64,000 nt of DNA from NCBI RefSeq assembly GCF_000737315.1, contig NZ_JMCB01000009.1, positions 186,001 through 250,000 on the forward strand, in the 5' to 3' direction. Position numbers and translations under genes: made by a program. The notes beneath the pieces are model-generated. The model was not told the DNA's origin. It worked only from the letters and a program-made list of their open reading frames with translations, and made no database searches. This DNA comes from Hyalangium minutum (GTDB lineage Bacteria; Myxococcota; Myxococcia; Myxococcales; Myxococcaceae). The number at the start of each line of letters is the position of its first letter. Position 1 is the first letter of the stretch. This document shows, one piece after another, positions 61,960-64,000 of this stretch.

Positions 61960-64000
61960 ACGGACCAGAGGGCCTCGACCCGCGTGCGCACCTTGAGCCG
62001 CTCCTCGCTGAACTCGGGGAGGAGCCGGAGGTTCGCCAGCGCCGGGCAGCGGTCAATCCACTCCAGATCGATCAGCGCCGTGTCCGCCGCACGCCGCAGG
62101 TACAGCAGCGCGCGCCGCGGCTCGTCCTTCAGGCACAGCACCTCCGTGGCGAGCTGACACATCATGGAGGCGAACCGGGGACTGAGCGGCTCCGCCAGCC
62201 GGTCGTCGAACACCGCCATCGCGGCATCCACCGCGACTTCCCCCAGGATTGCGGCCGAGTACTCCGTCGCGTTGCGTGCAACCAGGGCGGGTTCCTTGCG
62301 CAGTTCCTCGAGTGTGTATCGGACCTCATCGCGCTCGTTCAGCCAGGAGGCCACGCGCATGCGCAGGAGGAGCGTCGGGAGGTGGAGCAGCGGATAGCTC
62401 ATCAGCTGCGCGAGCGTCTTCCGGTAGTCCTCCAGCCGCCCCCGGAGCGCGCTGCAGCGGGCGATCTCGTAGAGGGCGATGGACAGGTTGGGCTCCAGCT
62501 CATAGGCCAGCCGCAGCCGCTCCATGCCCTCGTCCGCGCGCCCCGCCTCGCACTGGAGGCTGCCCAGGTACTGCAAGGCACCCGCGAACGTCGGCGCCGC
62601 GTCCAGGGCCGAGCGCAGGGACACCACCGCCGTGCGCCAGTCACCCACCTGGGTCGCCATCATTCCCTTGGCCATCAGTGTCTCGGCCAGATCCGGCGCC
62701 ACCCGGACGGCGCGCTCCACACTGGCCCGGGCCACGGCCGCCCAGTCGCGGGAGTGGTCCGCCGAGCGCATGAACCAGGCCCGCATCACGGAGACGGCGT
62801 GCAGCGCCTGGGCCGGCAGGAACTCGGGGAACTCTTCGATGCATCGCTCCAGCGGGGAGATGAGCTCGTCGGGCATGACGCGGGGCATGGAGTACACCTG
62901 GCTCAGCCCCTGCCGATACACCGCCATCGCCTCCGAAGAGACCTGGTCCCGGTAGGCGGCGATGAGCAGCTCGCTCCGGAGGGCCTCCGCCATGCGCCGG
63001 CCCAGCCGATCCTGCAGCGCGAACACGTCCTCGCCCGAGTCCTCGAAGCGCCCGCTCCAGAGCTGGATGCCCGAAGCCACATCCACCAGCCTCAGGGTGG
63101 CACGCACCGCCTTGCCCGCGCTCTGCACCGTGCCATCCGCCACGAGCCCCACGCCCAGCTCCCGCCCCACCACACGGGGATCGCGCTCGTTGCGGAAGCG
63201 CGCCGTGGCCCCGCTGCTCTGCACCTGGACGCCCCGGGTGCGCGCCAGCACGTCGATGACGACCTCGGTCAGCCCATCGCCCAGGTAGTCCTGATCGCGA
63301 GGCCCGATGAACCGCAGCGGCAGTACCGCCACCCCTTGCTCGGACGAGCGGAGAAAAGTCCGAGGCGTGGAACGAGCCACGCCAGCGCCCGTCACCGCGG
63401 GCTCCTCCCGGGTGGACGGCAGGGTCCTCGGCGTCGGCGGCGCGGTGGTGGATGTCCCCGAGCCCGGAGCGGGTGCACGAGGAACTGGCGTGCTTGTGGC
63501 CACCACCGCCTCGGTGGGCTCTCCCACCGAGTTCAGCCACGCCCGCAGCATCGCGGCCACCTCGAAGGCTCCGGATGGCCGCTCCTCGGGCTCTCGCGCC
63601 AGGCAGTTCCGCACCAGCAGGGCGAGCGTCTCCGGCACCCCCGGGCGCCCGGAAGGATCGGGAGGGGGCTGCCGCAGCCGGGCGAAGGCCACCGCCATGG
63701 GGGAGTCTCCGGTGAAGGGCGGCTCACCGGTGAGCATCTCGTAGAGCAGCAGACCCGCCGCGTACAAGTCCGAGCGGACCTCCACCACGCCACCGGAGAG
63801 CTGCTCCGGGGCCATGTACATGGGCGTGCCCACCATGCCCTGCGTGCGCGAGGCCGCCTCCCCCGCCATGGCCCGGGCGATGCCGAAGTCCGTGAGGACC
63901 ACCCGGCCGCCCTTCTCCACCAGCACGTTGGCGGGCTTGAGATCCCGGTGCACCACCCCCGCCGCATGCGCCGCGGCCAACCCCTCACACACCGCCAGTG
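61956..64000 (-). CDS. 5'-partial Ser/Thr kinase with TolB-like and TPR-like C-terminal region
   Basis: [26 protein letters not shown]...YLGDGL; runs off the window end. Confidence 0.9.
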   Translation of the reverse strand, partial: LAVCEGLAAAHAAGVVHRDLKPANVLVEKGGRVVLTDFGIARAMAGEAASRTQGMVGTPMYMAPEQLSGGVVEVRSDLYAAGLLLYEMLTGEPPFTGDSPMAVAFARLRQPPPDPSGRPGVPETLALLVRNCLAREPEERPSGAFEVAAMLRAWLNSVGEPTEAVVATSTPVPRAPAPGSGTSTTAPPTPRTLPSTREEPAVTGAGVARSTPRTFLRSSEQGVAVLPLRFIGPRDQDYLGDGLTEVVIDVLARTRGVQVQSSGATARFRNERDPRVVGRELGVGLVADGTVQSAGKAVRATLRLVDVASGIQLWSGRFEDSGEDVFALQDRLGRRMAEALRSELLIAAYRDQVSSEAMAVYRQGLSQVYSMPRVMPDELISPLERCIEEFPEFLPAQALHAVSVMRAWFMRSADHSRDWAAVARASVERAVRVAPDLAETLMAKGMMATQVGDWRTAVVSLRSALDAAPTFAGALQYLGSLQCEAGRADEGMERLRLAYELEPNLSIALYEIARCSALRGRLEDYRKTLAQLMSYPLLHLPTLLLRMRVASWLNERDEVRYTLEELRKEPALVARNATEYSAAILGEVAVDAAMAVFDDRLAEPLSPRFASMMCQLATEVLCLKDEPRRALLYLRRAADTALIDLEWIDRCPALANLRLLPEFSEERLKVRTRVEALWSV

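Overview
GC-rich myxobacterial chromosomal window (Cystobacterineae-like; inferred from codon bias, an Oar/MlpA-like pair and Sit-type toxin/immunity genes). Ordinary content: CheB-CheR-PAS signalling cluster, glgC, 5'-nucleotidase, desaturase, TonB-dependent receptor, terpene synthase, pxpBCA, DUF1592/DUF1552 pair, PI-PLC, ppk2, oxidoreductases and a partial Ser/Thr kinase. Three accessory areas stand out. (1) A minus-strand cluster at 8.6-18.2 kb is built around a retron: a HEAT-repeat/aldo-keto-reductase-like fusion with degenerate catalytic residues, a readable msr-msd ncRNA closed by a 16-bp stem, a HEAT-capped retron RT, a coupled 32-aa ORF, then a MoxR-type AAA+ ATPase and a tandem-metallopeptidase/vWA protein. 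This is the best candidate for an undescribed system. (2) A SitA5-like nuclease toxin/immunity cassette sits between two 32-bp direct repeats that duplicate an extended -10 promoter and a start codon. (3) A hotspot at 45-52 kb holds an intact IS66 with 8-bp TSD inside an already deleted protease gene, a pseudo-protease, orphan and decayed immunity genes, and an AT-rich Ser/Thr kinase with zinc ribbons ending in an SSB-like EDDIPF tail. No CRISPR array, rRNA or tRNA was recognised. Family assignments come from motif recognition by eye; no database search was run.
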